Shown here piece after piece: positions 1 to 12,695 of a DNA stretch of 56,946 nucleotides. Under the pieces are notes generated by a model. It did not search any database. It was not told the DNA's origin and saw nothing but the letters and a program-made list of their open reading frames with translations. This stretch comes from Octopus sinensis (Eukaryota). The number at the start of each line of letters is the position of its first letter. The first letter of the stretch is position 1. Location: positions 1 to 56,946 of the forward strand of contig NW_021833637.1 of NCBI RefSeq assembly GCF_006345805.1. Reading direction: 5' to 3'. The position numbers were made by a program, and so were the translations under genes.

Positions 1-744
1 GAAAAAAGAAAACATCCAATCTTATATTATTTTTATAAACTGATGTGAGAATAAAAAAATCACGTGATAATTAGACAAATATACATAGTAGCGATATGAT
101 AAACAGTATTAACATCATTACGTGTACAAATGTTCTTTGGAATGTTGCATAATTTCATATCTAATGTTTTACTAGTTATTGAGAAATATTTAAAACATAT
201 TTTCGGTTAAATACGAAATTTTAGAAACCACACAGTGCGTTTCATAAGTGTAGGCAGAGATTTGTAACCAGATATCTGTGTTGCACATAAATCGTTCCTA
301 AAACTGATGTGTAAAAACGGGTATAAACTGAAAAAGCAGTAAAAAGTAATCCGTGTATATATATAACTAATCGTATATTAACACTAATGAAATCTTGAGG
401 AACGAACTGTCATACACACTGTAAATACACGCACATACAGTGGCGTATTGGCCAGGTTGCCAGCTTGCCCGATTGCAAGTGTGCCCTTGCGTTATTAGAT
501 CCATATATGGGGGCCTATGTTAGTATCTAAGGGGCCCACCCCCTCAAGTTGGGGTGCGGGCGAGGATGTGTACGGTTCTAGTGAGGGTAGATGAGTGTAT
601 AATTTTAGGCGCATGCATGTGGGTGTGCGGGCTCGTACGTATTGGTATGAACATGCGCGCTTACACGAATAATATGAACTTTTTTGCCCCCTTACTTTTA
701 CGCTCTCCCCTCACTTAGCGGTCATTCAAATAGCTCTTTTGTCT

Positions 745-908
745 TAACGGTCAATCACACAGTAATTCCCTTTGTATAGCGGTCATTTTTCATAATATTT
801 TTCCGATGGCCGGATAACTGAAGAGATGTCAGTGCGGATTTTCCACCTCGACATCTGAAACTCGGATTTTTATCATGGCTACTTAATAACTGTCACATAT
901 TACATTTA
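745..908 (+). mobile_element. PLE-type terminal repeat fragment (family P1) with degenerate hammerhead
   Basis: Shares GTAATT(T)CCCTTT...CGGT...TTTTCATA and the HHR with the minus-strand copy at 25480-25595; runs into (TA)n at 909. Confidence 0.5.
813..874 (+). ncRNA. Degenerate minimal type I hammerhead ribozyme
   Basis: Stem I GATAA(813-817)/TTATC(870-874); CTGAAGA 818-824; stem II GATGTC/GACATC; GAAAC 857-861; the stem III C15.2 partner is T rather than G. Confidence 0.5.
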
Positions 909-1519
909 CATATATATATATATATATATCAAAGAAAACAAGGACAGGTCATTCGAAGTTTTTTTCTTCAGTCAAGCACAAGATTATCATCGCAATTTCG
1001 GCTGATTATTCTTGAGATTGCGCAAATCTGGCCAGCCCCAAGGAAAAACTAAGCTAAGAGCATTAGATTCCTTGGAAGAAAGCAGTGAGTGTATACAAAA
1101 AGAACGGAAAAAATGGACGTTACACAAGCATAAATACAATAAAAATACAATAAAAATGATAGCAGGATATAACAACAGGTGTCTTTCAACTAAGGACGAA
1201 TTAAAGTAAGCTGACACGTGTGGAAATAAAGAGATACAAACATTTCACAAACACAGAAAAAATATCGATGTTGCTCGGAAGACGGTCAGACCAAGAAAGA
1301 AAGAGCAAGTGGGCTTGGCCGATCGGTGACGCGAAAACAGAATAGTGTGTGTGTGTGTACTTACATATAAGAGACCAAAGTGTAAGTACGCCGCTATATT
1401 TATATAAAAAGGAATACCAAAAATGGGACGAGAACGCAACGTATATATGTATATGTATATGTATGAGCGCGCTTTGTGCGTGTGGGCTTGCTTCGGATGT
1501 GCGCGTACGTATGTATGCA

Positions 1520-3020
1520 TACATACCCACACACTCGCATGCATCCCTACCCACATACATACACGCACACCTACTCACACACACACATACACACACATAC
1601 CTGCACACACACACACATACATACATACACATACATACCTACTTCAGACATACACACACACAGACATACACCCATACACTCACACTCGCACGCATACACA
1701 CAACACACATACACACGCACACGTTACATACACACACACACACACCACACACCTACATACATACATTACACTTGTATACACCACACTTACATTCATACCA
1801 CACACACACCTACACAGCCATACCCTCACTCAGACACACACATCTACCTACACACCACACAAACACACACACGGACACACACCCATACATACATACATCT
1901 ACACACATACGCCTACACACATACATACACACATACATAAACACACACACATACACATATACACACATACGCACACACACATATACTTATACACATGCAC
2001 ACACACACACATACATACATACACCCATATACATACATACACCACATACCCACATACTCCTATACGCACATACATACACAAACATACACACTTACACACT
2101 CACACACACATACTTACACACACACTCACCTGCACGCGCACACACATGCATGACAAACACCCATACACTCACACTCACATACGCACACACGAACATAAAC
2201 ACGCACACGCACACACACCCTACACTCCCACACACATACACACGCACCTACATACACCACGCACGCATACACACGCATACACACATACATTACACACGTA
2301 CACACACACCACATACACATGCATACACACACACACACACAACATGCACGGACACACCCAGACATACACACATACACCTATATACACACGCCCACACACC
2401 TACATACACACACATATACACACGCCCACACACCTACATACACACACATACATACACACACATACACGGACACACACCCACACATACTTACATACATACA
2501 CCTATACACACACGCCTACACACCTACATACACACACATGCTCATACACACACACACATGTACGCACATACACACACATATACGCACATACATATATACC
2601 CCCACACATGCACACACACACACACATACGCACATGCATGCATGCATGCACACACGCGCACACACCTACACGCATACACACACACACACGCACGTACACA
2701 TACATACATACACACACGCATACATACACCCATACACATACAGGCATCCGACACACACATACATACACACTCACACATACATACACACACACACACTCAC
2801 TCACACCCTGTATGTACGCGCACACACATGCACATACACACACTTCCCCACACCCACACGTACATACATACACACTCACACCACACACACACACACACAC
2901 ACCACGGACATACATCTATGCACACACATACATACACACATACTCACATACATTCATCGGACACACTGCCACCCAGACATACACACAGACACACTCACAC
3001 ATCCACACACATACATACTT
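1520..3020. repeat. Degenerate (CA)/(CATA) low-complexity tract
   Basis: About 1.5 kb of CA, CATA and CACG units; source of the His/Thr ORFs. Confidence 0.95.
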
Positions 3021-3059
3021 ACGCGCATACTCGCAGGCACGCGCACATACGCACTTGCG

Positions 3060-3927
3060 CCGGCTCGCGCTGCATACGCGCCGCATACACACTCGCCCTT
3101 GGACCTGACGAGACCTCCCGCCCGTTCCTGGGACCGTCGCGTGTCGTTGGGTTTTCCCACACGCCTGTCTCCGCGGTACCACTCTTCCATCTTCCCCTCA
3201 GCTGGAGTCCTTTTTCCTTAAACACCCCCCTTTTTTCGTTACACACACACGCGCACACATATACACACCTTGCCTATATATATACATCACTCTTACACAC
3301 ATTCAATCTACTCGCCATTAATACCACCACGACACTGGACACACACACACACTACTACTCAACACACGCTGGCACGCTACATACGCCCCCACCCCTTCCC
3401 CTCCCTCCCTTCCTCCTTCCTTCTTTTTCTTACTACTGACCTCCCTTCCTCCTTCCTTCTTTTTCTTACTACTGACCTCGTCTGCTAGCTGACCAACTAG
3501 TCTCGCCCTACCTCACACGCCTACACACAGACGCACACACTAACACACACATATTTTTTTGTTTTTTTCATCTCGCCTCACACACACACACATACACACA
3601 CACGCACACCACACACTCACACATACACACACATCTGTTGGTTACCAACCTTGTCTCCACTCTTTAGCCTTTAAAAACCCACTTTGCTCTTGTTATCGTC
3701 AACATCCGCCTTTCACCATGTGCAACTCGTAAACACCAGTCGTCTTTTTTCTCTTTCCCTGTTGCCCGCTCTGGGATCTTTCTTTCCTCTCTCTTCCTTC
3801 TTTATGTTTCCGACGAAGAGCTCCGCTCGAAACGTCATACCTCCCTGCTTCCATCTCCTGAGCGCCTTTTAATAATAATACTGTATTGTTCCTGTTGTTG
3901 TTGTTTTGTTTGTTTCCCTTTTGGATT

Positions 3928-3933
<6 letters not shown>
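3060..3933 (+). mobile_element. Probable PLE-like 3' end (pyrimidine-rich, hammerhead-bearing)
   Basis: Follows the CA tract, contains the HHR-like motif at 3806-3840 and ends about 95 nt later in (TA)n. Confidence 0.4.
3806..3840 (+). ncRNA. Minimal hammerhead-like motif with U4C core
   Basis: GTTT-CCGACGA-A-GAGC(TCC)GCTC-GAAAC-GTC-ATAC; stem I pairs 3 of 4. Confidence 0.5.
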
Positions 3934-3975
<42 letters not shown>

Positions 3976-4358
3976 TATTAAAACACACACACGTGGTCAT
4001 TGCGCAAGCGTGTGTGTATGTGTGTGTTTTTGAATGAAATAACTTAAAAGTTCAAAAGAAGTAGGCAGCAAATAGAGATCATAGGTGAATATGTAGCTGA
4101 AATTTAATTAATTCTAGTCTACATCCCCCTGGCTAATTGTCTTCTGGGTATGAAACATATACGTTAGTTGCTACTGAGTATCGTGTCAATGGTTTATAGA
4201 TTATTTTCTCATAAACGCTATAAATATGGAATACTTAGGAAAACTATTAACGAATTTATATACCTTGAAATGTAACATTTCAAACAGCTAACCGTGAAAT
4301 GTATCTAATTTTTACAAGTAGTAACTACAACAACGACAACGACGACAACAGCAACAGC

Positions 4359-4420
<62 letters not shown>

Positions 4421-4530
4421 CAATAATAATAATAATAATAATAACAGCAACAATAACAACAACAACAACAACAACAACAACAACGATAATAATAAAAATA
4501 ATAATAATACTAATAATAATGATAATAATA
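4359..4530. repeat. (AAT)n/(AAC)n microsatellite
   Basis: Direct reading. Confidence 0.95.
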
Positions 4531-4537
4531 AGGATAA

Positions 4538-5073
4538 ACAGATCAAGTGCTACAGCATAACCGACCGGACCTAGTGGTGGTGGACAACATACACCGGAAA
4601 AGTTAATGGACGAGAATGGGAAGGCAAATATCCTCTGGGACTTTAACTTCCAGACAGACAATGTATTAGAGTACTGAATGCCGGATATAGTAACCTTTAG
4701 GAGGGACAAATAAGAGTGCCCTAATAATCGATGTGTCAGTACCAGGAGATCAACACATCATCATGAAAGAAAGATAATAAGGGTGATAAATATGAAGAAC
4801 TGAGAATTGAGATCACAAAGATGTGGCAGCTACGAGAGTCAAGCATAAAGGTTATCCGTCTTCAGAGCATTGGCTTTAATACCATGCAATCTGAAAAAAA
4901 GATATAGAAAGATTAGAAATACCCTACAGTCTAGATGTATGGCAAAAGTCGGCATATTGCGTAAAGTACTGTTTGTCTGAAGTCCCTGTTGTGACATGAC
5001 AGACAGTACAAACCCCATGCAGACACAATATCTTCAGTCAACAACTTCACGAGATTGTATACTGTACGACGTC

Positions 5074-5075
<2 letters not shown>
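4538..5075 (+). mobile_element. R4/Dong-type non-LTR retrotransposon 3' fragment (restriction-like endonuclease), decayed
   Basis: Frameshifted translations TDQVLQHNRPDLVVVD, ANILWDFNFQTDNVLEY*MPDIV, ALIIDVSVPGD and DKYEELRIEITKMW match the PD-(D/E)xK RLE pattern of this clade; (AAT)n on both sides. Confidence 0.8.
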
Positions 5076-5112
<37 letters not shown>

Positions 5113-5282
5113 TCTTATATCAAGGCCTCAAATTTAAGGGAAGGTGTTAAATCGATTACATCGACCCCAGGATGAAAGGCAAATTCAACTTCAGCGGAAT
5201 GTGAACTCAGAATGTAACGACAGACGAAATACCACTATTATTTCGCCCGGCGGTCTAACGACTCTGCTAGCTCACTGCCTTG
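5113..5282 (-). mobile_element. tRNA-derived SINE, family B
   Basis: Diverged homolog of the copies at 38452-38824 and 52641-53193. Confidence 0.7.
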
Positions 5283-5309
5283 ATAGTAAAGATAATGATA
5301 ATAAGCAAT

Positions 5310-5319
5310 AGTAGTAGTA

Positions 5320-5364
<45 letters not shown>

Positions 5365-5386
5365 CAGCAGCAGCAGCAGCAGCATC

Positions 5387-5431
<45 letters not shown>
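5310..5431. repeat. (TAG)n/(CAG)n microsatellite
   Basis: Direct reading. Confidence 0.95.
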
Positions 5432-5433
<2 letters not shown>

Positions 5434-5737
5434 GAAGAGACACTATCACATGAGGTCTTTGCCATAAGTCAAAAGTGTAACAGATATCAAGCGTAGAATC
5501 CTTTATAAGGCTTCCATAATAATTCTGACATGAAAAACTAATTGCGAACACATAGCTTCCAAATGTACTTCCGAGTGCATTGATACAGGAGGCAACTGTT
5601 ACAAACGAGAGGGTGTGGAGATGATGTAATACATCCCATGTGGTGGGGAAATGAAAAAATTAATTATTTCGTTAGATGATACTCATTGACGCACTTATAT
5701 ACATGATATACACGTATCTCTGGTCCCACCTCTCTTC

Positions 5738-5739
<2 letters not shown>

Positions 5740-5801
<62 letters not shown>

Positions 5802-5858
5802 GTCTATCTATCTGTCTGTCTATTTGTCTATCTGTCTGTCTGTCTATCTATCTATTTA

Positions 5859-5902
<44 letters not shown>

Positions 5903-5975
5903 TATCTATCTATCTATCTTTCTGTCACTCTGTCTGTCTGTCACTCTGTCTGTCTGTCACTCTGTCTGTCAATCT

Positions 5976-6045
<70 letters not shown>

Positions 6046-6137
6046 CACCTACGTATTTGTCTCCTTGTCTCTCCCTCTCCCATCTATCTCACACACACAC
6101 TCTCTCTATCTGGTTCTCCCTCTCTCTCTCTCTCTCT

Positions 6138-6180
<43 letters not shown>
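5740..6180. repeat. Compound (TCTA)n/(TC)n/(TA)n microsatellite
   Basis: Direct reading. Confidence 0.9.
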
Positions 6181-6182
<2 letters not shown>

Positions 6183-6284
6183 AATAATGGACTCTCCAGT
6201 CGTTAGACGACGTTTGAGTGTTCGGCAAGGAATTGTCGAACAACCACACAGATGATTTGTTTATATTAATCAAATGTTTGTGAA

Positions 6285-6480
6285 GACATAAGCCCACTCC
6301 TTCCACCAAACTGACATTACCTGTACAGGTGCACCGTGTTCCACATGTCAGGTGACGAAATGATCGCAGAGCAACGTGAAATGAAGTGCTTTGCTCAAGA
6401 ACATAACGCCCGGCCTGGTAATCAAAGCCACGATCTCGCAATGGTAAGTCCAACACCCTAACCACTAAGCCATGTACCTT
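6285..6480 (-). mobile_element. tRNA-derived SINE, family C
   Basis: Minus strand starts CATGGCTTAGTGGTTAGGGTG (A box), followed by TTCTTGAGCAAAGCACTTCATTTCACGTTGCT shared with other family C copies. Confidence 0.7.
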
Positions 6481-6526
6481 CACAATATATATATATAAAT
6501 TAGTGACGAAGGTGTACAGGTGTCTA

Positions 6527-6890
6527 TTCATTACGGCTGTCTCAAGCGACTCATCTAATTGATTAATGAAACCATTACATCATTTGAAAGAAACCGTTCT
6601 CGTCAGCTGACCGCAATGGCTTCAAACATAGAGGATGCAACCACGGCCTTAACATATTCCCTTCAATATTGGAACTCAAAATATTTACCTTATCTCCGTT
6701 GTCACATCTCTGTCAGATCGGAAACAATGTAAATGTTTTTAATTCCATTATTGAAGTGCATATGTTAAAGCCCTAGTTGTATCCCTTATGTTTGAAGTCT
6801 ATGCGGTCATCTGACAAGAACTGTATTTTTCAAATGATGTAGTGTCTTCATTAATAAATTAAAAGAATCGCTTGAAACAGCCGCAATGAA
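6527..6890. repeat. Old fold-back inverted repeat (MITE-like), arms about 170 bp
   Basis: 6527-6698 aligns with the reverse complement of 6719-6890 along its length with many substitutions; 20-nt spacer. Confidence 0.8.
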
Positions 6891-7123
6891 GTACATGTCT
6901 GCACTACGAAGAGTGGATATCTTCACTCAGCTGGGTTGCGTTGTCTGCACACATGACAGGAAAATTAGTTGCAAACTCTCCTGCACAGAGTTTTGATATT
7001 CAATATTCAATTAATGTCGTTTGAGTGTGCGGATTACACCAACCTCACAAGGTGCCTCAATTTAAGTACCCAGTTCAACGGAATCTTAATTACATACATC
7101 TATATGTGTGTGTTTGTGTGTGT

Positions 7124-7168
<45 letters not shown>

Positions 7169-9189
7169 ATATATATATATATATACATTACAACATATAT
7201 ATTTATATATACGTACATATAAAAGAAAATTCGAGCTTCTCTCCTTTCCGTCTACTAAGTGCTCTATTTCTCACCGTTCCCGTAATAGCGTTGCTATGTT
7301 GTTAGTAGTTATGTAATAGTGAAGGAGTAATTACGTTGTTTGGTAGAACTAATGTTATTTCAAAGTACGAAGTCATGTTTTCAATTCAGCGCTTAGTGGT
7401 GGGAAAAATCGAAGAACCGGTAAAGCAGAGCGCAAGGAAGACTATGATAACAATTGTATCAAATGGCGGTATTCGTTTTATTTGTTTGAGAATAACTAGC
7501 AACCTTGTGAAGGTCTTGTGATTATTGGTTTGTCTCTAGCTTTGGTGAAGCTGTTGTTATTACTGAAAAAGTTATGTACACCAACTTGCCTTATTTCTCT
7601 TACTCTTTGTGAAAATTACATTCAAATAAAAGATTGATAGTAGGGACTGTTTCGCAAGAATTCAGCTCTTGGCAGCCAATCCTAGAAGCTCCGAAATGGC
7701 AGTTTGATAGCGAGAGTAGTGTGTAGAAGGTGGACTCTTCCCTGTCCAATGAAATTTTGATATTCGATTGCGTGTCAGGAGACAGAGACGCCCATCAGTT
7801 CAATTCTAGAAGCTTCTTTTGTATCCTTAGTTTTCAGATCTTTTGTTCCTCGCACAACGCCTTTATTGAAATAAATGGATTTCTACCTGTGTCCAGTCTT
7901 TGCGACAGATATAGAATTCATCTTATTCTCTTCATGTAATGATGTTGTGCGGAAGCAATTTTATCCTTTTAGAAAACGTATTGAATGAGGAAACATTTTA
8001 CTCTGGCGGATACAATATCTTGTACGGTTTTGTTTATGAATGACGTGGCGAATATGCAGAGTCATTAAAACGTTAGACAAAATGCCATATCGTAATTCTT
8101 CTGGTTCTTTATGTCATGGTTTCAAATCCTCTCAATGTCATCTCTTACGTTTTAACTTATAGATTTTGTTATAAAATTTAATAGATTACATCGATTCCAG
8201 TCTAGATTTGAAAATATGGCATTGATTAACTCTTCTGAAAATTGCTGGCTTTGTGCATAAATCAGGAAGAGCTATTTGTGTAGGGCTTCTGAGCTTAAAA
8301 TTCACAGAGCTCAGGTTTACCTTTCATCTTATCGGGGCGAATCATGAGTTGAGGATGGAAAATTGGCGGAATAGTAACAGCGTAAAAGAAGTTTCAGTGG
8401 CATCCAGCTCAGTCTTTTTGAGTTGTGAGTTCAAAATTTGCTTCCCTCATAAATGTGATCCATCTTCAATTTCACAAAGAAGGACATGGCAACTGAAGCA
8501 ACATCTCAGCTGTAACAATACAGAAACCACCGGGACCAGACCTGAAACCTTAGAAAAGCGAGGAAAGAAAATGAACACAACCTTTATAGGAATGGTAGCT
8601 GGTACTTGATGAATCAATTTATTTCCACTTACCTTTACGCTGAACACAAACTCAACATATTGCTTGCTTCTAGAAGCTGTAAATTTGAAAGATTTCTTTG
8701 AAGATTTCGCGTACAATACTCTGATCGAAAACATTTGATATCGATGAAAAAGAGAAATATACGAGTCACAAAGAGAAAAGAAACACATGAAAGATGAAAG
8801 AAGAAGGAATATGAAGATGAATGAAAGAGGAAATAGGGTTTATAGAATAAAGTAGAGATGCCTTAGGGGCGTGAAATATTTCATATCTAAAGGAACAGAA
8901 AAATCGATAGAGTTTTGAATTGATTAAATACTTCTAAAGAATATTATTTGTAAAAGACCGCCATTTCCATTTTCGACTGTCGTTACTGTAAACTTGTCTG
9001 ATCTGCTTTCCTGAATGCAAATTGTCCCTAAGGTTGATTCGTAAAATCAATGTCACGTGTCTTAACATTTCTTATTTATTTCTATTCTATAAAGACACGT
9101 GATATTGATTTGGTTTTATCCAACATTACTTTCCTGTACAAAATGGCGAAGAAATTCATCTAAAATGACATTTTTCTTTAACTTGCCTC

Positions 9190-9385
9190 AGTCATTGGAT
9201 AACAGCCAGGTTGGGGTACCACTTTGAAGAGTTTAATAGAACAAATCAATTCCGTAAATATTTTCAAAGTATCGTACTTTTCCTGTCGGTTTTCTTTTTC
9301 TGAACCGCTAAGTTAGAAGTGGTAAGCGAACCAACTCCGGTTGTCAGATGGTGAAGGGAACAAACAGAGCACAAACACAACCACC
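9190..9385 (-). mobile_element. Old 3' half of SINE family A
   Basis: GAACCGCTAAGTT and GGTTGTCA motifs match the reverse complement of the family A tail. Confidence 0.45.
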
Positions 9386-9519
9386 CTCATATCCGCTCGC
9401 AGTGGCATTCTCATACCCCGTGTCTACCAAATTAACGCACTAGTTATTGGTCGGCTAGGGGCTATTGTACGAAACACTTGTCCAAGGTTTGACGCAGCTC
9501 AATTGAACACCAAACACGT

Positions 9520-9830
9520 GATTGCAAAACGAGCTCTTCATTCTTCTTCCTCTGCTCCTTTTTCTTTCAATCTTTCCGGTCAACGCTAAATTCTCCACGC
9601 ATTTTACCCTCATCACATGACCAAGAGATCCCAGTTGCATGGCCCTTATCCCACAGCCCGGGTCCTCAATTCTCCATTAGGCGCCTTCTCTATGCTATCC
9701 TCAATATTCTCCTCAAGAACCACATTCCCCAACAATCCAAGCACCCCATTCTTGATGTTATAGACCATTCCTCAATTCCATGCTTTATCACAGGGTAGAC
9801 ATAGGCGTTCAATGTCATACTTCACAGTAT
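9520..9830 (-). mobile_element. RTE-clade LINE C-terminal fragment
   Basis: MWFLRRILRI and QLGSLGHVMRVKCVENLALTGKIERKRSRGR resemble the RTE/BovB C-terminus. Confidence 0.7.
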
Positions 9831-9971
9831 TAAGAAAGGGAAGCACTCGTTGGTTAGTATAGCTGTGCGTTTACAAGATATGGAATTTTAAGGTAGGAAG
9901 GTCCTTGTATATTAGTCGTTTCTAGAAGGAGGGAAACAAAAACAATGACAACAGTGACAACAGCAACAGTG

Positions 9972-10150
9972 GAGGTGCAATGGCCCAGTGGTTAGGGCAG
10001 CGGACCCGCGGTCGTAAGAACGTGGTTTCGATTCCCAGACGGGCATTGTAAGTGTTGATTGCGCAAAAACACCTAAGCTCCATGAGGCTCCACCTGGGAG
10101 GGGTGGTGAACCCCGCTGTACTCTTTCACCACAACATTCTCTCACTCTTT
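9972..10150 (+). mobile_element. tRNA-headed SINE (family C-related)
   Basis: A box TGGCCCAGTGG, B box GTTTCGATTCC; CCGCTGTACTCTTTCACCACAAC is shared with about 17420-17450. Confidence 0.65.
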
Positions 10151-10446
10151 CTTCAAACGTCTGTCACAAAGCAGAGGAAACATGGTGTAGCCCACTATTG
10201 TGTGGTAAACTTTCAGACCCTAGTCTACATTGCGAATCCTCTGTACCCCAGGATGGTTCAGCTCCCCACCCGTTAAAAGGTACCGTTTACGGAATAAGGA
10301 TAACAACGTAGCTTTCGTGCCCGTGCAACCACCAGTCTACCGCGTGTAGTGGGTGGATCTTCAAGTTGCCACACGCATTCTTAGTAGCTTAGAGTAGGCT
10401 CGAATTAGAGATTATTCTTTGTGGCTAATGGCGTGAGTCTGATTGG

Positions 10447-10796
10447 AAGAGAAGAAGAAGAAGAAGAAGAAGAAGAAGAAGACGAAGAAGAAGAAGAAAG
10501 AAGAAGAGAGAAGAAGCAGAAGAAGAAGAAGAAGAAGAAGAAGAAGAAGAAGAAGAAGAGAAGAAGAAGAAGAAGAAGAAGAAGAAGAAGAAGAAGAGAG
10601 AAGAAGAAGAAGAGAGAAGAAGAAGAAGAAGAGAAGAAGAGAAGAACGAAGAAGAAGAAGAAGAAGAAGAAGAAGAAGACGAAAGAAGAAGAAGAAGAAG
10701 AGATAGAAAAGAAGAAGAGAAGAGAAGAAGAAGAGAAGAAGAAGAAGAAGAAGAAGAGAAGAAAGAAAAGAAGAAGAAGAAGAAGAAGACAACAGC
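10447..10796. repeat. (GAA)n array of about 350 bp
   Basis: Direct reading; source of the poly-E/K/R ORFs. Confidence 0.95.
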
Positions 10797-10945
10797 GACA
10801 AGACAACAATAGCAATAACTCGTAGGAAAATAAAAGGCAATGCGCAACTCTGAGTCACACCATAATTAACCGAAGCCAGACCTGTCGATTCTGATATGAT
10901 GACATGATTGGAAAATATGTTAAATATTATAGGTTAATGTTCATG

Positions 10946-11144
10946 AGCAGACGTGGCTGTGTGGTAAGTAGCTTCCTTCCCAACCACATGGTTCCGGGTT
11001 CATTCCCACTGCGTGACACCTTGGGCAAGTGTCTTCTACTTGCTAACCAAACCCTTGTGAGAGGATCTGGTAGACGGCAACTGAAAGAAGCCCGTCGTAT
11101 TTATGTATATATATATATATATATAAGAAGCCCGTCGTATATAT

Positions 11145-11191
<47 letters not shown>

Positions 11192-11449
11192 GTGTGTGTG
11201 TATGTGTGTGTGTATGTGTGTACGTGTGTGAGTCTGTGTATCTGTGTTTGTCTGCCCCACCATCGCTTGACAACCGATGTTGGTGTGTTTACGTATCCGA
11301 AAGTTAGCGGTTCGGCAATAAGAGACCGATAGAATAAATGGTAGGCTTACAAAGAATAAGTCTTGGGGTAGATTTCTTCGACTAAAAGGAGGTCCTCCAG
11401 CATGGCCGCATTCAAATGACTGAAACAGATAATAGAATAAAAGAATAAA
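10946..11449 (+). mobile_element. SINE family A (tRNA head, CORE-like segment, internal (TA)n(TG)n)
   Basis: GTGGCTGTGTGGTAAGTAGCTT...CACCTTGGGCAAGTGTCTT...CAGCATGGCCGCA..TGACTGAAACA; more than 10 copies in the window. Confidence 0.9.
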
Positions 11450-12394
11450 TCTGTAAAGTGGGGAAAAAACGTTTTACAAAGCTGAGAGAGAATTATTCGT
11501 CGCTCGTGAATTCTTCATCAACTGTACGCTCATGTTTCTTTTTCCCTGTTTTGAATATGTCCTTAAAAGAACACCACAGCAGAGAAAGATTATGGAATAA
11601 GCTTCCTAAAATATCAGACGCAAACAAAAGCAAGTTCAGTTTGTTGAACACTGCTCGTAAAGTAAAGAAGAGCTGGTTAGTAACACCCTTAGTTGAATAC
11701 ATCGGCACGGTTGTAATCACAGTGTCACTCTGAAACATACGTCGAATTGATAAGACTGAAAATCGCTGAGCGGAAATATTCCATGGCATGGAAGATAGAG
11801 CTAGGTGGAAGACCAGGGTCATGCAATTTGGGGCAATCTCGACCTGATTGATACACGGGATACACGCAACAACTGAATTCAAAGCGACTGGTGACAGTAA
11901 CAACTGCATTGTTGAAGAAAATAGAGAAAACGACCAACATTTCGGGATAGAGTTCTTCTGTTGAGAAAGCTGGCCAGAAGGAAATTACAGAAAGGCTGCG
12001 GAATTTCACAGCATTTGGGTTTTAAAAAGCAGCTGCAACCGATGAAGGATGCAAAACAACACAGATTTCCTAAATAAACAGTAAGTAGTAGTAGAGAGAG
12101 GAATAAGAGAGGAGAGAGGGAGAAGGTAAAAGAGATGAGGTGGAGAAGCGAGTAAAGACGAGGGTGTGATGAAGAGAAAGAATTGGGGTGAAAGAGGAGA
12201 TTAAGGATAAGAAAGAGATGATTCAATTAAAAGAAGGTGTAGGACTAGAAGGAGAAAGACTCGCTTAAAACCGTCACTGACATGATGCCAACTTCGAATA
12301 TGAAATGTTGTTCGTTTTATTTCTTTGTGGTTGTGGTGGTCAGAAATGTTACACATTCTGGGCAATGTGACTGTGTGATGTAAGCCCTGTAGCG

Positions 12395-12695
12395 GTTTGC
12401 TATCGTGATCCCGTGATCGACCAGACTATTCCATGTTGTTATACATCGCTGGTTACAATGCACTTTGTACATGTTTTAGCTTTCGGACGATCTCACTCCA
12501 CTGGATTGATGAATAGGCCGACATTATTTCTGATTAGGAGACTATTCCGTCTCAGGGTTGCAGCTGAGTGAACTGTAACAACGTGAAACGTAGTGTTTTG
12601 CTCAAGGTGACAACGAGCGTCAAGCCACATGGTCCGCGAATCGAACCCATGATCGCTAGATCGTGATTGCAACGCTCTGACCTCCAGGCAACAGG
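12395..12695 (-). mobile_element. SINE family C
   Basis: Homologous to 6285-6480, 41485-41745 and 44525-44802. Confidence 0.65.

Noticed and set aside
966-1045. Minus-strand GGCTG...CAGCC-GAAA and a separate CTGAAGA
   Set aside because: No CTGANGA before the stem, and G at the cleavage position; at best a heavily decayed motif.
1349-3439. 696-aa and 561-aa His/Thr-rich ORFs
   Set aside because: Translation of a CA/CATA tract; several frames are open for compositional reasons.
3400-3477. 36-bp tandem duplication
   Set aside because: Ordinary local slippage.
10405-10858. Poly-E/K/R/F/S ORFs
   Set aside because: (GAA)n artefact.
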